From an uncultured Candidatus Entotheonella sp. (lineage in GTDB: Bacteria > Tectomicrobia > Entotheonellia > Entotheonellales > Entotheonellaceae), in NCBI GenBank assembly GCA_965215335.1, contig CBDCDA010000001.1, positions 1,824,001 to 1,888,000 of the forward strand: a stretch of 64,000 nt of DNA. The letters run 5' to 3'. Each line of letters starts with the position of its first letter. Position 1 is the stretch's first letter. The position numbers and the translations under genes are program-made. The notes under the pieces were generated by a model, which saw only the letters and a list, made by a program, of their open reading frames with translations, was not told the DNA's origin and searched no databases. Of this stretch, positions 53,954 through 64,000 are shown one piece after another.

Positions 53954-55597
53954 ATGAATACACTGCAGGCCGTTGCGCGACTTCTGAACGTGGAGGGCGT
54001 CGAGTGGGTGGCATGCTTCCCGTCCAACAATCTTATCGAAGAGGTGGCCCGGGAAGGCATCCGCACCATCATGTTTCGGCAGGAACGCGGCGCCATGATG
54101 GCCGCCGACGGTTACAGCCGCATGCACGACCGCAAAAAGTTCGGCGTGGTCATCACCCAGGGTGGCCCCGGCTCCGAGAACTCCATGGGCGGCCTGGCCC
54201 AGGCGTTCGGCGACAACGTGCCCATCCTCTACCTGCCCGGCGGCCCGGCGTTGAACCAGCACGACATTCGGCCCAATTTTTCCCCGGTGCGGACGTATCA
54301 GTCGGTATGCAAATACGGTGAGGTGCTCTGGAAGCCGGACATGGTCGGCAGCGTCATGCGGCGCGCCTTCCACCACCTGCGCAACGGGCGGTCGGGTCCG
54401 GTGATCGTCGAAATCCCCATGGACGTCGGCATCGGCGAGGTGCCCGATGCCGTGGTGCAGAATTACCAGCCGCCCAAGCGTCACCCGCAGGCGCCGTCCG
54501 CGGGCGACGTGAAGGATGCCGTCAAGCTGCTGCTGGGCGCCCGCAAGCCGCTCATCTGGTCCGGCATGGGCACGCTGATGTCGGAAGGCGCCGAAGAACT
54601 GCGGGAATTGGCCGAACTGACGGAAGTGCCGGTTTACTGCACCATGCCCGGCAAGTCCGGCTTCGACGAACGTCACCCGCTGGCCCTGGGCGCCGGTAGT
54701 TCCGCCACCGGCCTGCACGCGCGGCGCTGGATTCAGGAGTCCGACGTGCTGCTCGCCCTCGGCTCCAGCATGACTCGCACCAGCTACGGCCAGCCCGTCC
54801 CCGACGGCAAGACCCTCATCCACAACACCGAGAGCATCGAGGACGTCAACAAGGACTTTTCCGTTGCCGTCGGCCTGCCCGGCGATACCCGCCTCGCCAT
54901 CCGCCTGCTCATCGACGAAGTGAAGGGCCAGCTTGGGGAGAACGGCCGCAAGGGGCAGACCCAGGTGGCTGCCGAGATCGCCGAGGTGAAGCAACAATGG
55001 ATGTCCGAGTGGACCGACATCCTGCGTTCCGACGAGGTGCCGGTGACCGTCTACCGCATCATCGGTGAGCTGGAGCGCAATCTCGACAAAGACAACAGCA
55101 TCGTCACCCACGATGCCGGCACACCGCGCGATACCATCATGCCGTTCTACACGGCCACCGTGCCCCACAGCTACGTCGGCTGGGGCAAGACCACCCACCT
55201 CGGCTACGGCATCCCGCTGATGATCGGCACGAAGCTCGCCAAGCCCGACAAGTTCTGCCTCAACTTCATGGGCGACGGCGCCTTCGGCATGTCCGGCCTG
55301 GACATCGAAACGTCCGTCCGCGCGGCTGCCCCCATCACCACCATCGTGCTGAATAACGGCGACATGGCGACCTACCCCGGCGGCTACCCGACGGCGCGCG
55401 AGGTGTTCAACGTCACCGCCATGACCGGCGATTACGCCAAGATCGCCGAGGGCCTGGGCGCCACCGGCATCACCGTCACGCAGCCCGGCGAAGTGGCCGG
55501 CGCCCTGCACAAGGCGCAGCAACTCAACGCCGAGGGCCACACGGTGCTGCTGGACATCCATACCAACTTCGAGGCCCGCCGTTCGCGCTTCGATTAG
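53954..55597 (+). CDS. Thiamine pyrophosphate-dependent enzyme (acetolactate synthase-like superfamily)
   Basis: RQERGAMMAADGYSR, GPGSEN, GPVIVEIP, GDGAFGM...LNNG. Confidence 0.9.
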   Translation: MNTLQAVARLLNVEGVEWVACFPSNNLIEEVAREGIRTIMFRQERGAMMAADGYSRMHDRKKFGVVITQGGPGSENSMGGLAQAFGDNVPILYLPGGPALNQHDIRPNFSPVRTYQSVCKYGEVLWKPDMVGSVMRRAFHHLRNGRSGPVIVEIPMDVGIGEVPDAVVQNYQPPKRHPQAPSAGDVKDAVKLLLGARKPLIWSGMGTLMSEGAEELRELAELTEVPVYCTMPGKSGFDERHPLALGAGSSATGLHARRWIQESDVLLALGSSMTRTSYGQPVPDGKTLIHNTESIEDVNKDFSVAVGLPGDTRLAIRLLIDEVKGQLGENGRKGQTQVAAEIAEVKQQWMSEWTDILRSDEVPVTVYRIIGELERNLDKDNSIVTHDAGTPRDTIMPFYTATVPHSYVGWGKTTHLGYGIPLMIGTKLAKPDKFCLNFMGDGAFGMSGLDIETSVRAAAPITTIVLNNGDMATYPGGYPTAREVFNVTAMTGDYAKIAEGLGATGITVTQPGEVAGALHKAQQLNAEGHTVLLDIHTNFEARRSRFD

Positions 55598-55660
55598 GAG
55601 CAGGCCCTGCCGACAAGAAGGCCGGCGGAACGCTCGGAAGACGTGGGGGGGAAGGCCCTG

Positions 55661-55752
55661 TTGACCCAGGAGCACGTCGCCACCGCTCAAGCGTTTCTCG
55701 ACAGATCTGACCGGGAGTCGATGCCGGTGACCGGCCACAGGCTTCCGAAAAG
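55661..55752 (+). pseudogene. Frameshifted, truncated relic of a PaREP1/HEPN-like gene
   Basis: LTQEHVATAQAFLDRSDRE, then after restoring one base DAGDRPQASEK (GDxxQASEK motif). Confidence 0.55.
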
Positions 55753-55860
55753 GACCCGACAGGCAACAGAACTCACCAAGAAGCAGGACCGGTTGGGGCA
55801 AAGCTTTCCGCCTCTCAAGCTCTTCGGCTTAGATATGACTCCCAAAAAACGCCCGCCCTC

Positions 55861-55889
55861 TTGCAAACGCCGGAGGAATTCAATAGGAT
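55861..55889 (+). promoter_or_regulatory. Sigma70-type promoter of groESL
   Basis: TTGCAA-17 nt-TAGGAT directly upstream of CIRCE. Confidence 0.65.
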
Positions 55890-55891
55890 TG

Positions 55892-55918
55892 TTAGCACTC
55901 GGTGCCTGCGAGTGCTAG
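55892..55918 (+). promoter_or_regulatory. CIRCE element (HrcA operator)
   Basis: TTAGCACTC-N9-GAGTGCTAG, 1 mismatch to consensus, upstream of groES. Confidence 0.95.
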
Positions 55919-55980
55919 CACGCCGGAACGCTTAGGCGCCACACGTATTAATCACGACAACCAGACCGAAGGAGAGGGCT

Positions 55981-56268
55981 ATGGGCTTACGTCCCTTGCA
56001 CGACCGCATTTTGGTTCAGCGGTTGGACGAAGAAGAAGAGGTCCAGGGCGGCATCATCATCCCGGACACCGCGAAGGAGAAACCGCAGCAGGCCAGGGTC
56101 CTGGCGGCGGGTCCCGGTCGCGTCTCCGACGATGGCAAGGTGCAGGCCATGGACGTCAAAGAGGGTGACAAGGTCATCTTCGGCAAGTACGCCGGCACGG
56201 AGGTGAAGCTCGACGGTGAAGAGTACCTGATCATTCGCGAGGATGACGTCTTGGGCGTTTTGGAATAG
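55981..56268 (+). CDS. groES: Co-chaperonin GroES
   Basis: [32 protein letters not shown]. Confidence 0.98.
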   Translation: MGLRPLHDRILVQRLDEEEEVQGGIIIPDTAKEKPQQARVLAAGPGRVSDDGKVQAMDVKEGDKVIFGKYAGTEVKLDGEEYLIIREDDVLGVLE

Positions 56269-56294
56269 GTGCTGATACCCAACTAAGGAGGTAA

Positions 56295-57959
<1,665 letters not shown>

Positions 57960-57971
57960 TCCGCGATGCGG

Positions 57972-57999
57972 GCCGCCGGCACGCTTCGGTGCCGGCGGC
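57972..57999. terminator. GC-rich hairpin between convergent groEL and pdxT
   Basis: GCCGCCGGCAC-gcttcg-GTGCCGGCGGC, 11-bp stem; U-tract is weak. Confidence 0.65.
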
Positions 58000-58007
58000 A
58001 ACGCCTT

Positions 58008-58595
58008 TTACGCCGCCGCGAGCATCTGCAGGAAGTATTGATGCACGCGGCGGTCTTGCGTGAGCTCGGGGTGGAAGGAGGATACGAGAACACTGCCCTG
58101 CCGAGCCAACACGACCTCGCCCCGGCACTCGGCTAAGGGCGTCACCCCGGGATTGACCCGGGCGATTTTCGGAGCGCGAATGAAGACCATCTCCAGGGGT
58201 TCGGCGCTCAGGTCGTCCGTCAGCGGCACTCCCAGCGCCAGAAAGCTGTCAATCTGCCTTCCGTAAGCGTTACGTCGCGCCACAATGTCAATGAATCCCA
58301 GACTCTCTTGAGACGGCAGGGTCTCCTGCGCCAGCAGGATGAGACCCGCACAGGTTCCGAAGATGGGTCGGCCTTGGGCGTGGAATTGCTCAAGAGCGGG
58401 CCGCATCGCCACCGGGGCCATAAGTTTGAGCAGCGTTGTGCTTTCCCCGCCTGGAATGATGATCCCCTGCATGTCGGCAAGGTCGGCTGGCTTCTTGACG
58501 AGCTTCGACTCGACGCCCAGTTCGTCAAGAACCTTTTCGTGGGCGGCGAAATCGCCTTGCAGGGCCAGGAGGCCAACACACGTCATCCGAATCAC
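58008..58595 (-). CDS. pdxT: PLP synthase glutaminase subunit
   Basis: LALQGDF, PGGEST, GTCAG, RNAYGRQ, FIRAP, FHPE. Confidence 0.97.
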   Translation of the reverse strand: MIRMTCVGLLALQGDFAAHEKVLDELGVESKLVKKPADLADMQGIIIPGGESTTLLKLMAPVAMRPALEQFHAQGRPIFGTCAGLILLAQETLPSQESLGFIDIVARRNAYGRQIDSFLALGVPLTDDLSAEPLEMVFIRAPKIARVNPGVTPLAECRGEVVLARQGSVLVSSFHPELTQDRRVHQYFLQMLAAA

Positions 58596-59473
58596 CAGCC
58601 CCGTGTCTGTAACAACTCGCTGTCGTCCAGGCGACTGATATCAATCCCCACCATGGCCTCACCGAGGTCCTCGGACACGCGCGCCAGCAGGTCGGCGTCA
58701 AGGTAGTGCGTCGTCGCCTGCACGATGGCTTGGGCACGGCGTTGCGGGTCGCCCGACTTGAAGATACCCGAGCCCACGAAAACCGACTCGGCGCCGAGTT
58801 GCATCATGAGCGAGGCGTCGGCCGGCGTCGCCACCCCGCCGGCGGCAAAATTCGGCACGGGCAACTTGCCGGTTTGCGCCACCATCCTAACGAGCTCGTA
58901 GGGGGCTTCGAGGTCCTTCGCGGCCGCCATGAGCTCTTCATCACCCAGGGTCGTCAGTCTGCGGATGGCGCCCTGCACGGCACGCATGTGGCGTACGGCC
59001 TCGACGACGTTGCCGGAGCCCGCCTCCCCCTTGGTGCGGATCATGGCCGCACCCTCGGCGATGCGCCGCAGCGCCTCACCGAGATTGCGCGCCCCACAGA
59101 CAAAGGGAACGCGAAACGCAAATTTGTCGATATGATGGTTCTCATCCGCCGGCGTCAGCACTTCGCTCTCGTCAACGTAGTCGACCCCCAAAGCCTGCAA
59201 AATCTGGGCTTCCGCAAAGTGCCCGATGCGCGTCTTGGCCATCACAGGAATCGACACCGCCGCCATGATTTCGCGGATTTTCGTAGGATCGGCCATACGC
59301 GCGATACCGCCTTGTGCCCGGATATCCGCCGGTACACGCTCCAACGCCATGACGGCTACCCCACCCGCATCTTCAGCGATCTTGGCCTGATCGGCAGTGG
59401 TGACGTCCATGATGACGCCCCCCTTGAGCATCTCCGCCAAGCCCGTCTTCAAGGTGAACTGTGTCTCGGTCAT
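58592..59473 (-). CDS. pdxS: PLP synthase lyase subunit
   Basis: [37 protein letters not shown]. Confidence 0.98.
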   Translation of the reverse strand: MTETQFTLKTGLAEMLKGGVIMDVTTADQAKIAEDAGGVAVMALERVPADIRAQGGIARMADPTKIREIMAAVSIPVMAKTRIGHFAEAQILQALGVDYVDESEVLTPADENHHIDKFAFRVPFVCGARNLGEALRRIAEGAAMIRTKGEAGSGNVVEAVRHMRAVQGAIRRLTTLGDEELMAAAKDLEAPYELVRMVAQTGKLPVPNFAAGGVATPADASLMMQLGAESVFVGSGIFKSGDPQRRAQAIVQATTHYLDADLLARVSEDLGEAMVGIDISRLDDSELLQTRGW

Positions 59474-59694
59474 ATCCCACGTCTCCTTCATCCACCATCG
59501 GCGTTGTACCAACGCCCCTGCGGCCACGTGTCTTTCCCATTAACGATAGGTGAGCAACAAACGCATCATAAGGCACACTATAACGTTTGACAGGGTTCGT
59601 TTCCAGACCGGGCGGCTTGCCCGGCCTGGCGCCACCTGGATATAGTGAGGCATCTTTTTCCGACCTTGGGTCATGACCCCCGCAGGTGAGCACC

Positions 59695-60903
59695 ATGATC
59701 AGTTACACACAGTCCGTGCAGACCATCATCCGCAACCTGCCACAACCGCTGCAGGAGGAGCGATTGGCGCTGACGGCGGCCAGCCAGCGCATTCTGAGCC
59801 GGGCCTTGATCGCACCGCACGACATGCCGCCGTTTGATCAATCCCTGATGGACGGCTACGCATTGCGGAGCCGCGATACCCGCGCAGCCGCCCCCGAGCA
59901 TCCCGCGCGCCTGACGCTGGGAGAAACGCTCACCGCCGGGGAGTACCTGGAGCAGCCGCTGAAGCCGCGGCAGGCGGTTCGCATCATGACCGGGGCGCCA
60001 ATACCGCCTGGCGCCGATGCCGTCTTGAAGATGGAAGAAAGCGAGGTCGAGGGCAATGATCTGTTCGTCCGGCAGCCCCTTGGCAGGTGGGCAAACGTCC
60101 AGCGGCGCGGCGATGAGATTCGGCGCCACAGGGTCGTACTGCCCCGGGGAGAGCGCCTGACACCGCAGCGAATCGGCACGGCGTTGGCCCTCGGTCTCGC
60201 TGGCGTCGATGTCATGCAACGCCCACGCTTGGCGCTGGTGGCGCCCGGCGACGAGCTGCTGCCGCCCGGGGCGGCGTGGCAGCCAGCCAAGAAATGGTGC
60301 AGCAACTTGTACGCCCTGGAGCTGCGAGCGCGGGAGTTGGGCTGTGCCAGCGTCAACCTGGGCATCGTGCCGGACACCCTCGGCGGCCTGACGGAGGCAT
60401 TACGGCGCGGGCTGGAAAACGCCATCGTCGTGATTCTCGGCGCCTCGGGACGCGGCCAGCATGATTTTGCCGCGCGTGCCATGACCACCGTCGGGGCCGA
60501 CATCCTGTTTCGCGGCGTTGCCGCCAATCCGGGCCGTGGCGTCACCGTTGCGCGCCACCGGCAGACGCTCGTCATGGGCCTTCCCGGCTCGCCTTGGGGC
60601 TCCTTCGTCGGTTTTGAAACCTTTGTGCGGCCCGCCATCCGAACGCTGTTGGGCCAGCACCCCATTCCCCGCGGGCTCACGGCCACCGTCAGGACCCCGG
60701 TGCAGGTGCGCCCCGGTACGACGCATTTTTTCCCCTGCCGTCTGCAGCCCGGCCCCGAGGGCTGGCAAGCCACACTCCTCGACAATTTGCTCGACCTCTC
60801 ACGAGCCGATTCCCAGCCCCTTGGATTGCTGGTTATGCCGCCGTATCGGCGACTTCTGCGAGTCGGTTCAAGGGCACGAATCCAGCCCCTCACGATGGCC
60901 TGA
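59695..60903 (+). CDS. moeA: Molybdopterin molybdotransferase MoeA-like protein (divergent)
   Basis: PPFDQSLMDGYA, RIMTGAPIPPGADAV, GDEL, GLPGSP. Confidence 0.8.
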   Translation: MISYTQSVQTIIRNLPQPLQEERLALTAASQRILSRALIAPHDMPPFDQSLMDGYALRSRDTRAAAPEHPARLTLGETLTAGEYLEQPLKPRQAVRIMTGAPIPPGADAVLKMEESEVEGNDLFVRQPLGRWANVQRRGDEIRRHRVVLPRGERLTPQRIGTALALGLAGVDVMQRPRLALVAPGDELLPPGAAWQPAKKWCSNLYALELRARELGCASVNLGIVPDTLGGLTEALRRGLENAIVVILGASGRGQHDFAARAMTTVGADILFRGVAANPGRGVTVARHRQTLVMGLPGSPWGSFVGFETFVRPAIRTLLGQHPIPRGLTATVRTPVQVRPGTTHFFPCRLQPGPEGWQATLLDNLLDLSRADSQPLGLLVMPPYRRLLRVGSRARIQPLTMA

Positions 60904-60935
60904 TCCGACATTTATTGCAATTTGCAAATTTTAGC

Positions 60936-60964
60936 TTGCACGATATTTTCGTTGCGCATATTCT
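60936..60964 (+). promoter_or_regulatory. Putative sigma70-type promoter of nrdJ
   Basis: TTGCAC-17 nt-TATTCT in AT-rich intergenic DNA; palindrome AATTTGCAAATT at 60919-60930. Confidence 0.45.
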
Positions 60965-61044
60965 ATCCGGCATGCCTGCCCCGGCAAGGCCAGACCGTAC
61001 CCGCCAGTGATCCATAAATGATTGATTTATAAAGGGATAATTCA

Positions 61045-63816
61045 GTGAGCAGAGCTCCCGGTCCCACCACTACCCTTCCCGCCCCCGACCCGACTTCCGC
61101 CGGGAACTCGACGCCTGCAAACGCCACGCCGGGCCTGTCGATGCAGCGCTACTTCACCCGTCCCGACGTGCACCCTTACGACGCCGTGGCGTGGGAAAAT
61201 CGCCACGCTGTGATCACCGGCGAAAATGGGCGTGCGGTGTTCGAACAGCGTGGCGCGGAGTTCCCCGCAACCTGGTCACAGTTGGCAACCAATGTGGTGG
61301 CCTCGAAGTACTTCCGCGGGCCACTCGATTCCCCCCGGCGCGAACGCTCAGTACGCCAGGTGCTCGACCGGGTCGTGCGCGCCATCACCACCTGGGGCGA
61401 TGGCGACGGGTACTTTGCCAGCAAACAGGATGCGGAAATTTTTGCGGACGAACTGACCCACGTCCTGCTGCACCAGAAAGCGTCGTTCAATTCGCCGGTG
61501 TGGTTCAACATCGGGGTGGAGGGCAGGCCGCCGCAGGCAAGCGCCTGCTTCATCATTTCGGTGCACGACGACATGCACGCCATCCTGGACTGGTACCGGC
61601 AGGAGGGCGTCATTTTCAAAGGCGGTTCGGGGTCAGGCGTCAATCTCTCTCGCCTTCGGGCCACCGGCGAACCCCTCTCGGCTGGCGGCACGGCCTCCGG
61701 CCCGCTGTCCTTCATGCGGGCCGCGGACGCCTCCGCCGGCGCCATCAAATCCGGCGGCACGACGCGGCGCAGCGCCAAAATGGTGCTGCTCGACGCCGAC
61801 CACCCCGACATCGAAGCCTTCATCCGCTGCAAGGCCGTTGAGGAAAAAAAGGCCCACGCGCTCATCGACGCCGGGTACGACGCTTCCCTCGACGGCGACG
61901 CCTACGGCACCGTCAGCTTCCAAAACGCCAACAACTCGGTGCGGGTTTCCAATGCGTTCATGCGCGCGGTGGTCGAGGACGACGCGTGGCAGACCCGCTA
62001 CCGCATCTCCGGTGAGCCCGCCAAGACCTATCGGGCCCGCGACCTGCTGCGGCAGATCGCCGAGGCGACCTGGGCCTGCGGCGACCCCGGCATTCAGTTC
62101 GACGACACGATCAATGGCTGGCACACGTGCCCCGCCGCCGGGCGTCAGGAAGCCACGAACCCGTGTGCGGAGTACTGCTGGATCAACGACAGTGCCTGCA
62201 ACCTCGCCTCGCTCAACCTGATGCAGTTCCTCGATGATGACGGGACGTTCGACGTCGGCGCCTTCCGCCACACCGTGCACGTGATGATCCTGGCGCAGGA
62301 AATCCTCGTCGGCCGCGCCAGCTACCCCACCCCGGCCATCGAGCGCAACAGCCACGACTACCGCACCCTGGGACTCGGATACGCCAACCTCGGGGCGCTG
62401 CTCATGGCCCGCGGCTTGCCCTACGACTCGGACGCGGGCCGCGCCTATGCGGCCACCCTCACCGCCCTGATGACCGGTCAGGCGTACCTGACCAGCTCCC
62501 AGATTGCCGCTGCGCAGGGGCCCTTTGCCGGCTACGCAGACAACCGCAAGTCCATGCTGCAGGTGATTCGGAAGCATCAGGAGAACTGCCTGGGCATGCA
62601 GCATGAATCCGTCCCGCAGCCGCTGCAGGAAGCCGCGCAGCAGGTGTGGAGCGCGTGCTGCGTCCACGGCAAGCAACACGGCTACCGCAACGCACAGGTG
62701 ACCCTATTGGCACCCACCGGCACCATCGCGTTCATGATGGACTGCGACACCACCGGCATCGAGCCCGATCTGGCGCTGGTGAAATACAAGAAACTCGTCG
62801 GCGGCGGCGGGCTGAAGATCGTCAATAACACGGTGCCGCGCGCCCTGACCCACCTCGGCTACACGCCGCAGCAGATCGACAACCTCGTGCAATACATCGA
62901 CGAACACGGCACCCTCGAGGGCGCACCCGACCTCCAGGACGACCATCTGCCGGTCTTCGACTGCGCCTTTCCCGCCATGCCTGGAGGCCGCTCGATTCAT
63001 TACGGCGGGCACCTGCGCATGGTGGCGGCGGTGCAGCCGTTCCTGTCGGGGTCGGTGTCGAAGACGATCAACGTGCCCAATCAGGCCACGGTTGCCGATA
63101 TCGAGCAGGCGTACATCGACGCCTGGGGCCTCGGTCTCAAGTGCGTCGCCATCTATCGTGACGGCTGCAAGCGCACCCAGCCGCTCAATGCCAAGGCGGC
63201 GGAATCGGAGACCCAGGTGGCACCGAGCAAACCCATGCGTCGGCGGTTGCCGGATGAGCGCCCGGCCATCACCCACAAGTTCTCGATTGCGGGACATGAA
63301 GGCTATATCACGGTTGGCATGTTCGAGGACGGGACACCCGGCGAGATTTTCCTGGTCATGGCCAAGGAAGGCAGCACCATCTCCGGGCTGATGGATGCCT
63401 TTGCCACGTCGATTTCATTGGCTTTTCAATACGGCGTGCCGCTGCGGGCGTTGATCGACAAGTTCAGCCACATGCGTTTCGAGCCTGCCGGATTCACCCA
63501 CAATACCGAGATCCCCATCGCCAAGTCGGTCATGGACTACATCTTCCGCTGGCTGGCCTCTAAATTCCTCGATCAGGAAGAACGCGCCCGAATCGGCGTT
63601 CTCGACCGGGACGGCGTGGAGCAGATTGCCGAACCGGTGACGCCCAAGGAGGCAAAGAACGGCCATTACACGCCCTTGGGGACCACCGAGGAGCCCTACT
63701 ATTACTTCCGGTTGCAGGAAGATGCCCCCCCATGCGCCGACTGCGGCATCCTGATGACCCGCAATGGCACGTGCTACAAGTGTCCCAACTGCGGCGCTAC
63801 CAGCGGGTGTTCGTAA
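61045..63816 (+). CDS. nrdJ: Class II (vitamin B12-dependent) ribonucleotide reductase
   Basis: FNSPVWFN, SACF, NPCAE, SACNLAS, APTGTI, SKTIN, YRDG; TSCPD-like domain; C-terminal CxxC..CxxC..GCS. Confidence 0.95.
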   Translation: MSRAPGPTTTLPAPDPTSAGNSTPANATPGLSMQRYFTRPDVHPYDAVAWENRHAVITGENGRAVFEQRGAEFPATWSQLATNVVASKYFRGPLDSPRRERSVRQVLDRVVRAITTWGDGDGYFASKQDAEIFADELTHVLLHQKASFNSPVWFNIGVEGRPPQASACFIISVHDDMHAILDWYRQEGVIFKGGSGSGVNLSRLRATGEPLSAGGTASGPLSFMRAADASAGAIKSGGTTRRSAKMVLLDADHPDIEAFIRCKAVEEKKAHALIDAGYDASLDGDAYGTVSFQNANNSVRVSNAFMRAVVEDDAWQTRYRISGEPAKTYRARDLLRQIAEATWACGDPGIQFDDTINGWHTCPAAGRQEATNPCAEYCWINDSACNLASLNLMQFLDDDGTFDVGAFRHTVHVMILAQEILVGRASYPTPAIERNSHDYRTLGLGYANLGALLMARGLPYDSDAGRAYAATLTALMTGQAYLTSSQIAAAQGPFAGYADNRKSMLQVIRKHQENCLGMQHESVPQPLQEAAQQVWSACCVHGKQHGYRNAQVTLLAPTGTIAFMMDCDTTGIEPDLALVKYKKLVGGGGLKIVNNTVPRALTHLGYTPQQIDNLVQYIDEHGTLEGAPDLQDDHLPVFDCAFPAMPGGRSIHYGGHLRMVAAVQPFLSGSVSKTINVPNQATVADIEQAYIDAWGLGLKCVAIYRDGCKRTQPLNAKAAESETQVAPSKPMRRRLPDERPAITHKFSIAGHEGYITVGMFEDGTPGEIFLVMAKEGSTISGLMDAFATSISLAFQYGVPLRALIDKFSHMRFEPAGFTHNTEIPIAKSVMDYIFRWLASKFLDQEERARIGVLDRDGVEQIAEPVTPKEAKNGHYTPLGTTEEPYYYFRLQEDAPPCADCGILMTRNGTCYKCPNCGATSGCS

Positions 63817-63908
63817 TTGAATATGGGTTTGCCGTACAATACAAGATTGTTGAGCGATGTTACGCGGCCTTGAGAAATTGGCGTTGCGACGTTTGTCCCA
63901 AAGGGCCC

Positions 63909-63980
63909 TTCCCGCGACAGCGGGAATCCACTGCCTACCGGAGCCTGCCCCGGACCTGATCCGGGGTCAAGCCCGGCATG
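63909..63980. repeat. REP-like palindromic elements
   Basis: TTCCCGC-gaca-GCGGGAA(TCCA) and CCCCGGA-cctga-TCCGGGG(TCAAGCCCGGCATG) hairpins downstream of nrdJ. Confidence 0.6.
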
Positions 63981-64000
63981 GCGTGCAGGCGACAACCGGA

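Noticed and set aside
60904..63816. NrdR box, cobalamin riboswitch or intein at nrdJ
   Set aside because: Only a weak partial NrdR-like match, no B12-box, and no intein motifs or extra length

Overview
GC-rich bacterial chromosomal segment. Housekeeping and metabolic genes (fused glyQS, metG, rarA-like, xth, murA, CIRCE-groES-groEL, pdxS/pdxT, moeA-like, class II nrdJ, indolepyruvate:ferredoxin oxidoreductase, transporters, oxidoreductases) flank a complete type I-E CRISPR-Cas locus on the minus strand: cas3-cas8e-cas11-cas7-cas5-cas6e-[extra gene]-cas1-cas2-leader, then an array of 58 repeats plus one degenerate terminal repeat. The best candidate for an undescribed system is the extra gene, a 400-aa Schlafen/AlbA_2 + HATPase_c_4 protein with Schlafen-like acidic residues intact, sitting between cas6e and cas1. 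Also notable: two pairs of homologous spacers, a membrane-anchored protein with 27 tandem 35-aa coiled-coil repeats upstream of murA, a coiled-coil/FGE-sulfatase surface protein, mycothiol-type enzymes, an NHL gene inside a DUF1800/DUF1501 pair, one frameshifted ABC ATPase and two small gene relics. All family calls come from reading motifs by eye; no database search was run. The taxon is not determined, though the gene mix resembles uncultured marine or sponge-associated lineages (inference only).
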